Positions 47,087 through 58,059 of a stretch of 64,000 bases of DNA are shown piece after piece. A model generated the notes under the pieces. The model worked only from the letters and a program-made list of their open reading frames with translations, was not told the DNA's origin and ran no database searches. The stretch lies in the NCBI GenBank assembly GCA_004764695.1, contig SMSO01000034.1:186001-250000 (forward strand), read 5' to 3'. The stretch's first letter is position 1, and each line of letters opens with the position of its first letter. The stretch is from Schizochytrium sp. TIO01 (Eukaryota; Protista; Bigyra: Labyrinthulomycetes). The translations under genes and the position numbers were made by a program.

Positions 47087-48481
47087 TCACTTCTTCTTCT
47101 TGCCCTTCTTCTTCTTCTTCTTCTTTGCCTCAAGACGCTGTCGTTCTGCTTCTTCGGCAGCAAGACGCTCTTCTTCAAGCCTTCGTTTCTCCTCTTCAAT
47201 ACGTTGTTGCTCTTCTCTTTTCTTCTGCAGGCGAGCTTCAGCTCTTTCAACTTTACGGCGTTCTAACCATCTTTCCTCTTCCTCATCCGCTAGACGTTTG
47301 TCCTCTATTCGCTTCCGCTCAGCTTCTATCTGTTCAATGCGAAGACGCTCTTCATAGGCCTTCTGGTCTGCAAGTCGCTTGCGTTGTGCATTGCGATCAA
47401 GCAAGCAAGTTATTTTCGCTTCGCATGTGTTGCTAATACCATTGCAGCCCACCCCGAGGCTGAGCAATGTGTTATTGAATTCGAGTCCTGCCGCCAGTGC
47501 GTTACCTCCAATCTCACCAAGACCTGTTCGCCACACGTTAAGCATGCGAATCGTAATATTATGTTGCAGACTCTGCGAGAACGCGTAGATTCCGTCAAGC
47601 TCATCACCATTCACACCCGTCAAGGCATTATTCTCGAAGGTCACATGTGCTAATGTTGTATTCTCTTCGAGTACCGCGGAAAATGCTCTTAAAGTTTCTG
47701 GCCCAAGGCCACATGACTCCAACTCAAGTCGCTGTATTCCTTTGTTAGTCGAAAGTGCCTGCGCTAATAATACTCCACTACCATCATCGAGCTTGCTGTT
47801 GGACAGATCAAGGCTTGTAATCCATTGATCACGTTGCAAAGGTTTACATAATGCTCGACACAGCGGTGGGGAAATGTAGTGAAGTTGTGCATCACGCGGA
47901 CATTTGCGTGGCGTAATACCAGCAATCCAGAAGCGGACACGGGGGTTCTTTGCGAGGGCCAGCTCCTCCTCTTGCTTTTCGCGCTCCCGCTGGCGCTGTA
48001 ATTTTGCCTCTTCAAGCTCCTGTTGTTTCTGCAAAATCAATTGTGCACGTCTCTCTTTTGCTACGCGTAAATCCTCCTCAAACTCCTCGTCGAAAATTGC
48101 CTGTAACGCCTTTACATCTTCACCTTGAAAGCCACTTGGTTTGAGATTACGAAGTTCAAGCTCTTGCGCTACTGCTTTCATGCTAAGCTTGCTTGCATCC
48201 TGAGGGGCCTCAGGCAAAGTTGCATCAATTTCTGCCAAGACGTCGTCGTCCACCTCGCCCTCCTCCTTTTTAGTCTCGTCCTCTTCGTCATCGTGTTCTA
48301 AAAGCCCCTCGAGACCTTCAACGTCGCGCTGCTTTGACTCCGTCGCATTCCTCACACTGCGTGAACTGTTTGCCCCATTTCCGCGAAGCAGCTTAGCGCC
48401 GTGACTGCGTTGCTGGTGCAACTGTCTCTGTGAATTTTGCTGCGGCTGTTGGTGTGATCGCGCGCTTTTGGTTGGCGGCAT
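47087..48481 (-). CDS. RNI-like leucine-rich-repeat protein with a SAP-like motif, coiled coils and a Lys-rich tail
   Basis: LRR units (ITSLDLSNSKLDDGSGVLLAQAL, IQRLELESCGLGPE, LLSLGVGCNGI) recur at ~28-aa spacing. E/R-rich helices flank them, and the C-terminus is KKKKKKKGKKKK. Confidence 0.8.
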   Translation of the reverse strand: MPPTKSARSHQQPQQNSQRQLHQQRSHGAKLLRGNGANSSRSVRNATESKQRDVEGLEGLLEHDDEEDETKKEEGEVDDDVLAEIDATLPEAPQDASKLSMKAVAQELELRNLKPSGFQGEDVKALQAIFDEEFEEDLRVAKERRAQLILQKQQELEEAKLQRQREREKQEEELALAKNPRVRFWIAGITPRKCPRDAQLHYISPPLCRALCKPLQRDQWITSLDLSNSKLDDGSGVLLAQALSTNKGIQRLELESCGLGPETLRAFSAVLEENTTLAHVTFENNALTGVNGDELDGIYAFSQSLQHNITIRMLNVWRTGLGEIGGNALAAGLEFNNTLLSLGVGCNGISNTCEAKITCLLDRNAQRKRLADQKAYEERLRIEQIEAERKRIEDKRLADEEEERWLERRKVERAEARLQKKREEQQRIEEEKRRLEEERLAAEEAERQRLEAKKKKKKKGKKKK

Positions 48482-50162
48482 AGTCTTCCTTCACAATGCT
48501 TGTGTTAGAATATCTCACCAAACACACAATTGAATTGCTAACTTGCTTGCCAGCTTTCTGGAGCCTTCGCCCGAAGCTGCTGCCGTGCATGCGCAACAAC
48601 CCTCGAGGAGAACGAGCTTCGCTATTCTTGACACCCTCTTAGTATGCCCTTTTAATTGTTACAATGCGCTTTCACGAATAGATAAGGAAAACCTTTGCCT
48701 GTTGAAGACTCGCCAACGGACACTTTTACTTTCTATTTATAGTTGTGTTGTTTTAACCATTTTCAGTAGTACATAGTAAATCACTGCCTAGTAATAATGA
48801 ACTTTATTATCTGCCATTGAGTTGTGCTGAGGGAGGTAGTATTTTGTTTTCGCTGAATCACTCTCAATTGATACGGAAACACTAGGTAGGAAGTTGAAGA
48901 TAAGAAAACAAACAACATAGGTGCTGTACAACCGCAGAGGAATATCGTGTTCTTAGTTAACTTTCGTAAGTAACTTTAGTCTTGAATAATACGAAACCAA
49001 GGAAACCTTGGGAAAAGAGGAGAAGGAAAAGAAGAAGCGAACACAGTTTGGCAGTGAGTAAGACGAACGTCGGGATGCTGATAAGAACCATTGGATATTG
49101 GCTGCTTTCTTGAGTACACCAAACTTTTGATACATAAGTATGCTGGTTTACAGGATATGTACTTATCCCCGCATCGAATCCATGAAAAATTGACAAAGCC
49201 TGCTTGGAAGTTATAATAATATCCCGATGATATCATGAGCAAATGTTGAATAAACAAGCAATCTGGCAATATTATAAATTGTATATTTGGGAATTCGAAT
49301 AATATATGTCGTTGCTGAGATTGCCAAGCGAAGGGTCATTTGGACAAGATATCACCAAACCCCTTGGCGCACACTATAATAATCCTAACTATAAGAACCT
49401 GTACATTGTAAAGATGCGACTATCAAATACGAATGTGTGAGAGTGTACATCATCATAAGGGATTATAAAAGGGCAAACCTGAATTACTGTTTGAGGAAAC
49501 GAGTTAGCCTAGCCCCTTGACGACTAATGCAGATAAGGTCTCTCTTGGTATCCTAATTCGAATATGAACCGTTCCAACTGGGTGTTCTTCTCCAATGTCA
49601 GCAGATCGCTAACCCTATAAGGCTAAAAATACAATCCCTTCATAAGTCTGATCATGCATTCTAAACTCTTTATCTACATACTCTCAGTCAACCTCGGGCT
49701 GATCAGGGCTTAGCAGCAAAACACATAGGTCATATTTTGATGTACTTAAATATGAACAAAATTTCAGCAGAAGAAAATTTTCTTTGAAAACTAGCCGTCT
49801 GACTAGTTAGTTACTCAGACGCGAAGTCAAAAAATAATCAAATGTGTTAGTGGTTAAAGCTATGTTGTTCCTTTTTTAGTGTTTATAGTATGTACTTCTT
49901 GGCCATATTGTCCTTAATCAAATCAATTGAAGGAACTCATAGATTGTAGTAACTTTAAATGATCCATTGCTCGGGTATTCGAAACTTAAATCATATTAAA
50001 ATAGTGTAATTATAGCTCTATACTGTACCTGAATTCATGGTGACCCGGATTCGTTTCATATTAATTTGTTATGTACAATAGTTCTGGGGGGTAGCTTTTA
50101 TGCTTCATGTTTATGGACCAATTAATGTTTTAGTATTTCGTGCTGCAAACAAATCCTGAACT

Positions 50163-50588
50163 ATGAACGCATTTAAACAAGCTCCATGTTGTGATGAATT
50201 GTTGAAATGGATTGATGAATTTGATTGGTTCGATTTCCTGCTTAATTTTGAAAACGATGAATTGGATGAACTAGGGAATTTCCTGATTGGGATGTCAGAT
50301 GATTCAAAATTTCTTGCATGGGACATACTAGTATTTATTATACGAAGAGAAGGTGATAAAAATGTAGGCATACATTCATTGATGCCGACACCTGGTAGTT
50401 GGAGGTATCGATTCTACTATTTCATTGGAAGGGAAATTGTGCAAGTGCGTGGATTGAAATCTTGTAAAATGTTGGTAAAGAATGGAGAATGTTTGTCTTT
50501 CATCGGCATGCGTTTGCTAACTGTAATGCTGAAGTATGTAGAGACAGATTGTAGCAGTGTGGATACCTTCTCTCGCGGTGACGGCTAG
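50163..50588 (+). CDS. Hypothetical protein (141 aa), AT-rich region
   Basis: The ORF starts with ATG and has a protein-like composition; no family was recognised. Confidence 0.4.
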   Translation: MNAFKQAPCCDELLKWIDEFDWFDFLLNFENDELDELGNFLIGMSDDSKFLAWDILVFIIRREGDKNVGIHSLMPTPGSWRYRFYYFIGREIVQVRGLKSCKMLVKNGECLSFIGMRLLTVMLKYVETDCSSVDTFSRGDG

Positions 50589-50786
50589 TGGTCCTTGTTT
50601 TTATGTTTAATGTCTTTGTATGTGATGAATGGTTTGTCGTGGTGGTAGAAATAGGATATAGCTTCTTCATTAGACAGAGCGTTTCTGCGTTGAATGACGA
50701 CATGTTCATTTTTCTGACGGAACAGATTCTGAATGAATTTTCGAATTTTCTCTGATTGGAAGAACATAATTAAGGTTTTGCATGAA

Positions 50787-51818
50787 TTAAATTCTAATAT
50801 TGTATAATTTTTTAAGCTGACTTCTTATTTTCTTAGTATCTATAAGAAACCTTATATTTGTAGAGTAAGTCTGTGTAAAGTGGTCATTGGAATAGAGTTT
50901 ATAAATCGGTAGATATGAGATTCCGTCATTATCATAGATTGCGAGGTAATCTTTGAGGATAAAGAAAATACACTCAGCAGTAAATGTCTGGTAGAACATG
51001 TCAAAGTTGTTTTCTTGCTTATCAAAGTATGTATTGAAAAGCCTTCGCCAGGATTCGCTAGGAGGTAACTTTGTTGTAACATCTTTCTGATCCATCAATT
51101 CATAACCTTTAATGCGGGCAAGGATTTCGTGGAAGGTGCCAATTTTTTTTGATTCAATGTCTTCAATGACTGCGTCGATGTATTCGTCGAAGTCACCACC
51201 ATAGGCTACGCGAATGATATTTTTGAAAAAGTCATCAAATTGTTCGTGACGAGTGCCAAACTCATTCGTGTTGGATGGCATGGTTTGCTGTCTCAAAGTT
51301 GTAGCCATGTGATCTGGTGGTGCGTGAAGTGGTAGAATGGAAGTACATTTGGAAAGGGATTCGAAGCAACTATTAATCATGCAATAAGCGTGGGCTGCGA
51401 ACTTCAAGTTTAATCCTGTTTCATTAACAATGAGGGAACTATCAATATTTGGAAGTCCTAATTTCTCTTTTGTGTGGTCTTTTGTGGTTGCCCAAAATAC
51501 AATCATAGCCTCCATGTGTTGTAGCTCGCTTCGAATGGATTGGATATTAATATTTGTTGGCATTCTTCCGTCGTTGTCATTATGTTGGAGATCGGATAAT
51601 GTGTAAAATGTGATATTGAGGATTTCCCAAAATTCTGCGGCTGTTAAATCCTGGAGAATAATTTGTGAAAACTGATTTGGAAAGTATTGTTTGGGTAGAA
51701 AGCTTCTCAATGCATGTAGGTACCATTTTTGTGAGCATGTAAGGTGAACGTCCTGTTTCCTTTCAGCATACCAGTTCCAGATTTCATGAGAGAAGACAAT
51801 GCCATTGACAATTAGCAT
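50787..51818 (-). CDS. Hypothetical protein (343 aa), AT-rich, possibly virus-derived
   Basis: This long ATG ORF in AT-rich DNA is preceded by AAAAAAATAA and packed tightly against its neighbours. No family was recognised. Confidence 0.6.
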   Translation of the reverse strand: MLIVNGIVFSHEIWNWYAERKQDVHLTCSQKWYLHALRSFLPKQYFPNQFSQIILQDLTAAEFWEILNITFYTLSDLQHNDNDGRMPTNINIQSIRSELQHMEAMIVFWATTKDHTKEKLGLPNIDSSLIVNETGLNLKFAAHAYCMINSCFESLSKCTSILPLHAPPDHMATTLRQQTMPSNTNEFGTRHEQFDDFFKNIIRVAYGGDFDEYIDAVIEDIESKKIGTFHEILARIKGYELMDQKDVTTKLPPSESWRRLFNTYFDKQENNFDMFYQTFTAECIFFILKDYLAIYDNDGISYLPIYKLYSNDHFTQTYSTNIRFLIDTKKIRSQLKKLYNIRI

Positions 51819-51912
51819 TTATTTTTTTAGCTGGTTGAAATTGTTTGCACCAATGTTATTTTGCGCTGGCAATATATAGTAAAAGCAATAAGATTACTTA
51901 TTGTTAGATAGA

Positions 51913-54912
51913 ATGATCCGGTGTTTGCTTTTTGTTTTGATTGTTGGATTTGTTGATGCGAGCACTTATAGCAATGGTGTGACTACAGATACAATTCGAG
52001 CGGTCAGAATTATACCCAACAGCAGCTACTCTTCGTTGGTTCCGAGTGATGAGATTATGGCCGATATAGGCAGCGATTTGAGTACGTTCTATTACTCAAG
52101 TTCTGGTGGTAGTTTTGATGTTCACTTATCGGTTGATGAGACTACCTATGTGATGGAATCTTTTAGTATTGATGAATCAAATAATTGTTACATCAATGGA
52201 GTAGAGGTGACTTCGAGTAGCATGCTTGTTTATGAAGAAGCTTTTGCTCTCGCGGAAGATAGTGCAAATGCGTCTACATATGACTCTGTTGCTCTGTTCA
52301 CCCCTTATTGTAACCTGGGGTATGTTGGAGTTGCTTATGTTGTTGGTTCTCGGTTGCATATGAACGTTGTCGCAAGTTCAGTGAATTCAACCGCTTATCT
52401 CATGGGAGTTTTAGCGCATGAGTTTGGTCACAATCTTGGTTTGCTGCATGCTCATGCTATTGATGGAGAATATGGTAATGAATATGATGAGATGGGTTCA
52501 AAGGCTGAGCCGCTGTTAGCTCAATTTAGTACCTACTACAAGTACTTTTTGGGGTGGATTCCGGAAGAGAGTATTTTGCAAATGTCACATGGTTTGTATT
52601 GCGAAGCGGACGAGTCTTGTGTAAGTGATGATACAACTGTGTGGCTCTACGCTCACGATACAGGAGAGGGGTTTAATTCATCTCTGTACTACTGTATTCT
52701 TTATCGGTTGGAGTATCCAAATACATACATGACGTTGGAATTCCGATCACTCTATGAGAGTGATCTTCCAGGCGTGATGATGGAATGTGTAACAAGGCGT
52801 TATGAAGATATTGCAGGTCCTAGTTACTTGATCGATCCAACTGGCTTGCCCAGATTGGTGACTGATACAACTGGAGCTGCTTTTGTCCCTGTAAATTCTA
52901 CCTATGTGTATGATTATCGCGAGGGGGGGAATGCAGTTGCGGTGACTGTGTTAGAACTTGATGAGGATACTCAGCGCGTGAAAGTCAGAGTAAGGCATAT
53001 GAATAAAAGTGCCAATGATGTAGATGAATTTGAGAATGAACTGCAAAATTTGGCTTCTATTTCTTGCGGCGACACAGTGAATTATACAGAAGCGGTGGGG
53101 CGTACATTGTTTCATTTGGAAACTCCCAACCCTTCAAAGGTTTCTTTGAATGTAACTTGTGGTGACTACCTAGACGCTTACATTTTTGGAGGCAAACCAT
53201 TTCATCTATTCAGTGATAGGCAAGGTGAATTTAACCTTGCCACATTTAATTCGACTAGCTTGTATGATTGGAATCGGGCATTTGATGTTTCCGGTGTTGA
53301 ATACTGTTCTGCGGATGCTTGCAATGTTGCTTTAACGGTTTCTCCATTTCTAAGTTATGCGGGCGAGATGATCTTTTATGCTGTTCCTGGAGTCTCAAGT
53401 GGACCCGCTGGGACTGTTTATGTGAATGACCAATATGAAGTGTACCTTAAATCAGTGTACATGGGGTACTATGGGATTTATTATTATTGCTGGGTCTTTT
53501 GCACCAGTTTGGCATGCGGTTCGTTTTACGGATTGGTCGGTTCGACCACACTCATTTATCTATCCGAACTGACGGAGGACGATATTGCTTTTACTTATCC
53601 TATTACCACCAGTTCTTCGCGAAGTTGGACCTCCGCGTGCACTTCCGAAAGCCGGACTGCAGATTTACAAAATGCTTATGCATACCCTACCCGATACTTT
53701 ACTGAAAATTTTGAGGTACACACCTTTACCAATGACAGTAACTATCTTCTCATTACGGGCGGTGTAGATGGTGCTACTGCGGAAGTTGTTTGTGATGTGA
53801 TTTACTGTGGTAGTAATATGTTCATGAATGAATCGAGTGGTCTTTGCGAACCATGTGGTCAAGGTATGATGTCGGAACCGAACAGCACTAGCTGTGTTGT
53901 GGATTGTTCTTATCTAATGCTGGAATCTCCATACGTGAGTTCAACTGGAGTGATGAAAACGACGGGTAAATATGTAGATTTAAAGGGTTCTTGGGAGTTA
54001 TATTCTAATGGTGGACGGGATACGAGTTATTTACTATACTTCCTTAATACTCAGGGGTGGGTTCTTGGGACCGGTTCTGTTGCTTCTGCAGCCTATTCTT
54101 ATGAGGTGAGTGCGAGCAATTACCGACATCCAGTGCTCGGTGAATCTGGAGTTGAATCTGGATATTCCTTGACATGTATGTGTGCAGATTTCCCTTATTG
54201 TGGAGAATGCGATGGTCTTGGCGATGGTGCAATGGTAAGTCCTCTCGATGGTACCTCTTGTTTTGTTCCGTACGAATCTATCTACGTAACATCTAATGAA
54301 AATCATAGTATAGCAGGGAATTATAACTTCACCACTATGACAGATGGTTATCCAGTCTTTAGCTCTGCGAATTATACTCTGACTCGTGATTACTCTGGTG
54401 AGTGGTCGTTCGTTGCTCTTGTTAACTCCTCGACTGTGGCTACGAAGTCAGAAAGCATTAGCGTCTTTTGGCCAACGAATATTAGCAGTACAACGGCGTG
54501 GTCAACTGGTTATCTTTCTATTGCTCCACAAGAGAACTCTCTTGTCATGCAGGACATCTATTCTTCAACATTTTTTGCTATAACTCCTGCACCAACATCG
54601 TCACCTACTATGCCGACGCCTTTACCAACATCGTCACCTACAGTTTCACCCACGGCTCCAACTCCTGCACCAACAATGAGACCTACGCTTGGAAATCCTT
54701 CTTCAGCACCTACGATTTCAGATGATACTAGTCTTTCTTACTTAAAGGAACTGTTTGAACAAATTGGTTCAAATCATATTTATCTAGGTCTCACAGTCGG
54801 TGCACTTTCTTTGCTCTGTTTTATGGTGATTTATCGTTTTGTTTATTATAATAGGTCTCATCAGATTGCAACACAGTATAATTTCGCGAATCAAATTGAT
54901 GACTTTTCATAA
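51913..54912 (+). CDS. Membrane-anchored zinc metalloprotease, peptidase M11 (gametolysin)-like metzincin
   Basis: Signal peptide MIRCLLFVLIVGFVDA. Zinc motif HEFGHNLGLLH followed by EYGNEYDEMG (M11-type Met-turn). A Cys-rich middle region, a PTxxPT mucin-like stalk and a C-terminal TM (IYLGLTVGALSLLCFMVIY) follow. Confidence 0.8.
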   Translation: MIRCLLFVLIVGFVDASTYSNGVTTDTIRAVRIIPNSSYSSLVPSDEIMADIGSDLSTFYYSSSGGSFDVHLSVDETTYVMESFSIDESNNCYINGVEVTSSSMLVYEEAFALAEDSANASTYDSVALFTPYCNLGYVGVAYVVGSRLHMNVVASSVNSTAYLMGVLAHEFGHNLGLLHAHAIDGEYGNEYDEMGSKAEPLLAQFSTYYKYFLGWIPEESILQMSHGLYCEADESCVSDDTTVWLYAHDTGEGFNSSLYYCILYRLEYPNTYMTLEFRSLYESDLPGVMMECVTRRYEDIAGPSYLIDPTGLPRLVTDTTGAAFVPVNSTYVYDYREGGNAVAVTVLELDEDTQRVKVRVRHMNKSANDVDEFENELQNLASISCGDTVNYTEAVGRTLFHLETPNPSKVSLNVTCGDYLDAYIFGGKPFHLFSDRQGEFNLATFNSTSLYDWNRAFDVSGVEYCSADACNVALTVSPFLSYAGEMIFYAVPGVSSGPAGTVYVNDQYEVYLKSVYMGYYGIYYYCWVFCTSLACGSFYGLVGSTTLIYLSELTEDDIAFTYPITTSSSRSWTSACTSESRTADLQNAYAYPTRYFTENFEVHTFTNDSNYLLITGGVDGATAEVVCDVIYCGSNMFMNESSGLCEPCGQGMMSEPNSTSCVVDCSYLMLESPYVSSTGVMKTTGKYVDLKGSWELYSNGGRDTSYLLYFLNTQGWVLGTGSVASAAYSYEVSASNYRHPVLGESGVESGYSLTCMCADFPYCGECDGLGDGAMVSPLDGTSCFVPYESIYVTSNENHSIAGNYNFTTMTDGYPVFSSANYTLTRDYSGEWSFVALVNSSTVATKSESISVFWPTNISSTTAWSTGYLSIAPQENSLVMQDIYSSTFFAITPAPTSSPTMPTPLPTSSPTVSPTAPTPAPTMRPTLGNPSSAPTISDDTSLSYLKELFEQIGSNHIYLGLTVGALSLLCFMVIYRFVYYNRSHQIATQYNFANQIDDFS

Positions 54913-54936
54913 ATGTTTTATTTTTAATTGAGGTTT

Positions 54937-57084
54937 TCATTTTGGAGTTGTTCTTTCCCTCTCCAACGCAAGTCGAAGTCTAGCAATCTCTCGACTAGCG
55001 CTTAGTGCGAAGTCTTCCTCACTCATTTCTGACTTGCCAACGGACATGCCGAAGTCGATGATGACAGGCCTTTGAGTTTCCTTGTTGTATAGGATATTAC
55101 GGGTCGCCACATCACCATGCAGTACACCATGGGAGTGAATGTCATCGAGAGCATCCACTGCCTTTTCCACAAAGTCATCGGTGATGTCTTCAGGTCTTAA
55201 AGGTTCGCCAGAATACTTTGTTCCGAGGCCGTAAAGAAATCTTTCATCGAAAACGCCACAATCGATGAACACTGGGATGTGTATTCCTTGCAGCGGTTCT
55301 AATTGCTTGTAAATTTCAGCTTCATTGTCAAGTTCGTGCATCTGATCTGCTTGCTTAACAAGGTCCAATACCTTCACCACGTTGTCGCTCTTATCATCTC
55401 CTGCTTCGTGGAAGTTCAAACGAAATACTGCCCCTGTGCGACCGGGTGAAAGCGCGGTGCACCCAGCCTTGCGTAGCTTGACTAGTTCGACCGCTTCACC
55501 ATCCTTTGTATATTTTGCACCATACTTATTTAGTGTCGAAGAAGGTGGTCGTCCATTTGGTGACGAAGTCCGTGGTGATACATTTTTCGGCCTCTTTGGG
55601 TCCAGTCCGCTATTACATTCAGGTGGTAGATCTTTCCTACTAATCGGATCATCCGATTTGCAGGGAACCATCATAGAATATCCATAACCTCGGAAATCCA
55701 TAACTTGTTCATCAGCAGCGAGAAGAATAGCGAGTGCAACGAGCTGCAACGTACTGATTTTCTTATTTTCAGTATCACCCTCTTGATCCCATAAAATAGC
55801 TTCTGTGATAAGCAGATGTCCCCGCCCGTCTCTAATGAAAACATGAGTGTGTATATAGTTCGTGTAAATACCAACCAAAACCTCATTCAAAACCATGTAG
55901 TTGTAAAGTTGACGAATGACCGAATGGTCTTCATGCCGCTGTGAACCACAGAGAGGATTTAGGCATTCTTTATTACAATAATCATTAGCGAGTTTAGCAG
56001 TGGTGGGAAACCCAGGACCTTTGAATTCGCCCATGATCAACGGTTTGCGGTTACCGTCTTCTGACTTACAATTGATAGCAAAGTCTGCGCGACCTACTAG
56101 TCCTCCAGTCACAAGGTTTCCATACAAAGAGAGATCTTTAGGAATGGAATTGTTTTCAGTGGACGTCTGATTGAGTGCATGTGTTAGACATAGGATGGCA
56201 TTTGTAAACGCTTTGTCGACTGAACTTTCATTGTTAAGTTTTGCGAAGAGACCATAATTTGCAAATGTATTGACAAAGTCGACTGTAGTCTCGACGTTAT
56301 TCAGGATATCAATGTAGCCATGGTCTTCACAATAATTCCAGAAATTTGATGGAGAAAAATTATCCACCTGCAAGGGTGATACAGGGTATGATATTAAGTT
56401 CGCAAGACTTGTCTTGTTTGCGGTTAATTCACCCTCCTGTTTCCAGTTTGGTAGATGTACTTTGGTGGCATCCATCATCTTCTTCGGTTCCGGAGATGAC
56501 TGTAACCGTTCTCTTAGCGTTGAGATGTCTTTATCGGTAGAGGTTATAAGATCATGCACTTTTGCAAGGCGGGCACTATCTTCAAGAATTTGTTGCTTGG
56601 TCAGTCTTAAATCCTCTTCTTTTTCGATAATTTTTTTGGACAAATTCACGCAAAGGGCAAGAGTATCGTCCTGTATATCATCGGGCGAGTACCCGTACCT
56701 CTTCCGGAACGATGTTGACTTGATCTCACCACGACAGAAAGCATCGAGAAAGTCGTAGTCGTCCTCATGTCCTAGCTTTTCTTTAATTTTCTTCTCGATT
56801 TGCTTGATTTCTTGCGAAAGCTTGGCTTTTTCATCCTTGAGGTCCTCAAGTGCTCGATCCATACGCTCGTACTCCTCAGTCTTTTTTGCTTGCAAAGTTA
56901 AAGCCCGTTGCAAGAAGGATTCATCATCTGTTGGGAGTGTGCTTACGCGCCTGAAAGTGGTGCGCCTGTTTGGATCGTTTGTGAACATCTGAATTGATGA
57001 GGGGCGAGATTCACGTCTACTAGCGGCACTCCTTGCGAAATTGGAGGCTGCATTTCTAAGTCCCTTGATAGTAGCACCTATCAT
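54937..57084 (-). CDS. Crinkler-type protein: coiled-coil header, PD-(D/E)XK REase-like domain, minimal protein kinase
   Basis: REase-like motifs GRADF...IMGEFKGP and RQLYNYM...VGIYTNY. Kinase motifs GRTGAVF, VVKVLD, ELDNEAEIYKQLEPLQGIHIP, HGVLHGDVATRNIL and IIDFG. Confidence 0.8.
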   Translation of the reverse strand: MIGATIKGLRNAASNFARSAASRRESRPSSIQMFTNDPNRRTTFRRVSTLPTDDESFLQRALTLQAKKTEEYERMDRALEDLKDEKAKLSQEIKQIEKKIKEKLGHEDDYDFLDAFCRGEIKSTSFRKRYGYSPDDIQDDTLALCVNLSKKIIEKEEDLRLTKQQILEDSARLAKVHDLITSTDKDISTLRERLQSSPEPKKMMDATKVHLPNWKQEGELTANKTSLANLISYPVSPLQVDNFSPSNFWNYCEDHGYIDILNNVETTVDFVNTFANYGLFAKLNNESSVDKAFTNAILCLTHALNQTSTENNSIPKDLSLYGNLVTGGLVGRADFAINCKSEDGNRKPLIMGEFKGPGFPTTAKLANDYCNKECLNPLCGSQRHEDHSVIRQLYNYMVLNEVLVGIYTNYIHTHVFIRDGRGHLLITEAILWDQEGDTENKKISTLQLVALAILLAADEQVMDFRGYGYSMMVPCKSDDPISRKDLPPECNSGLDPKRPKNVSPRTSSPNGRPPSSTLNKYGAKYTKDGEAVELVKLRKAGCTALSPGRTGAVFRLNFHEAGDDKSDNVVKVLDLVKQADQMHELDNEAEIYKQLEPLQGIHIPVFIDCGVFDERFLYGLGTKYSGEPLRPEDITDDFVEKAVDALDDIHSHGVLHGDVATRNILYNKETQRPVIIDFGMSVGKSEMSEEDFALSASREIARLRLALERERTTPK

Positions 57085-57965
57085 GGTGTTCGTTCGAACG
57101 ATTGGGTTTTGCTGCTCTTGAGAACTAGGTTTGGATGCTTCCTCTATTGTTTATACTTGATTTACTAATGAATGGTACTAGTAGATATTCCTACTTATTT
57201 TTTGTTTCTTACACACCCTCAAATCAAACCCATATCTTCTTCTAATGACTCATACACTGCACGAGGGATAAACTATAAAACAAGCTATATAGGTGCAATA
57301 GTATGCTAAGTATTCTTTTTTAAAAAATACTACTCAATAAGTGCTAGTATTTTGCGAAACCCATAATAATCTGCGAATTAAAGTCTGCTGTGCTCGTTTG
57401 CATAACTTTGATGCCGTGGCTGGTGGCGTGGCCGCAGCGTCCACGAATCTATTTCTCTCCTCGCACGCGCCGTATGCCGTGTGCGCGCACGCACACGCGC
57501 TCATTCTACCCATCTCTCCCTCCACTGTTCGATCACGCAAGTCAAACGTTGTGATGATTCGATGCAAGTGGGTAAGATCGATACCCCCGCTCGCCAAGGC
57601 CAAGGACAACTTTCCATGCATCGTTTGACTGCGTAAGTCGAAAGTTGTGCAGGTTGTGCTGGCTCGTGCCGGTAGGTAGGAGAAGAGAAGATCGGTCCTC
57701 TCAGTAGACCTTGATCAAGCGTAAGTCGCGAGTTGTGCAGGCAGTGCTAAGCAGGAGAGGAGAATTGAAGATCGGCCCTCTCAGTAGCCCTTGATCGATC
57801 GTTTGATTGAGTTGTGCAGGCAGTGTTGTTTGAGACTTGAAGAACGATCCTCTGACTCGCCAGTGGTAGAGGTTTGACTACTTATCTTTCGATCGCCTAA
57901 GTCGAGAGTTGTGCAGTTTGTGGGATGAGAGAAGATCGATAGATAGATACCCTCCCTCGCTCACT
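56560..57965. repeat. Segmental direct repeat copy A (5' part of the CRN-like gene plus ~900 bp upstream); copy B at ~62165-63570
   Basis: Long near-identical stretches, e.g. 57100-57290 vs 62725-62910 and 57500-57720 vs 63140-63370. Confidence 0.9.
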
Positions 57966-58059
57966 AACTCTCAGTAGACCTTGATCATTAAATCGCGTAA
58001 GTCAAAAGTTGTGCAGAGGGGTAGAAGAAGAAAGGGAGAAGAGAAGATACGAGAGACAT

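Noticed and set aside
57620-58020. Possible CRISPR-like repeat-spacer array
   Set aside because: The cores are short and degenerate, and the intervening segments are homologous to each other. It is better explained as a decayed tandem repeat.
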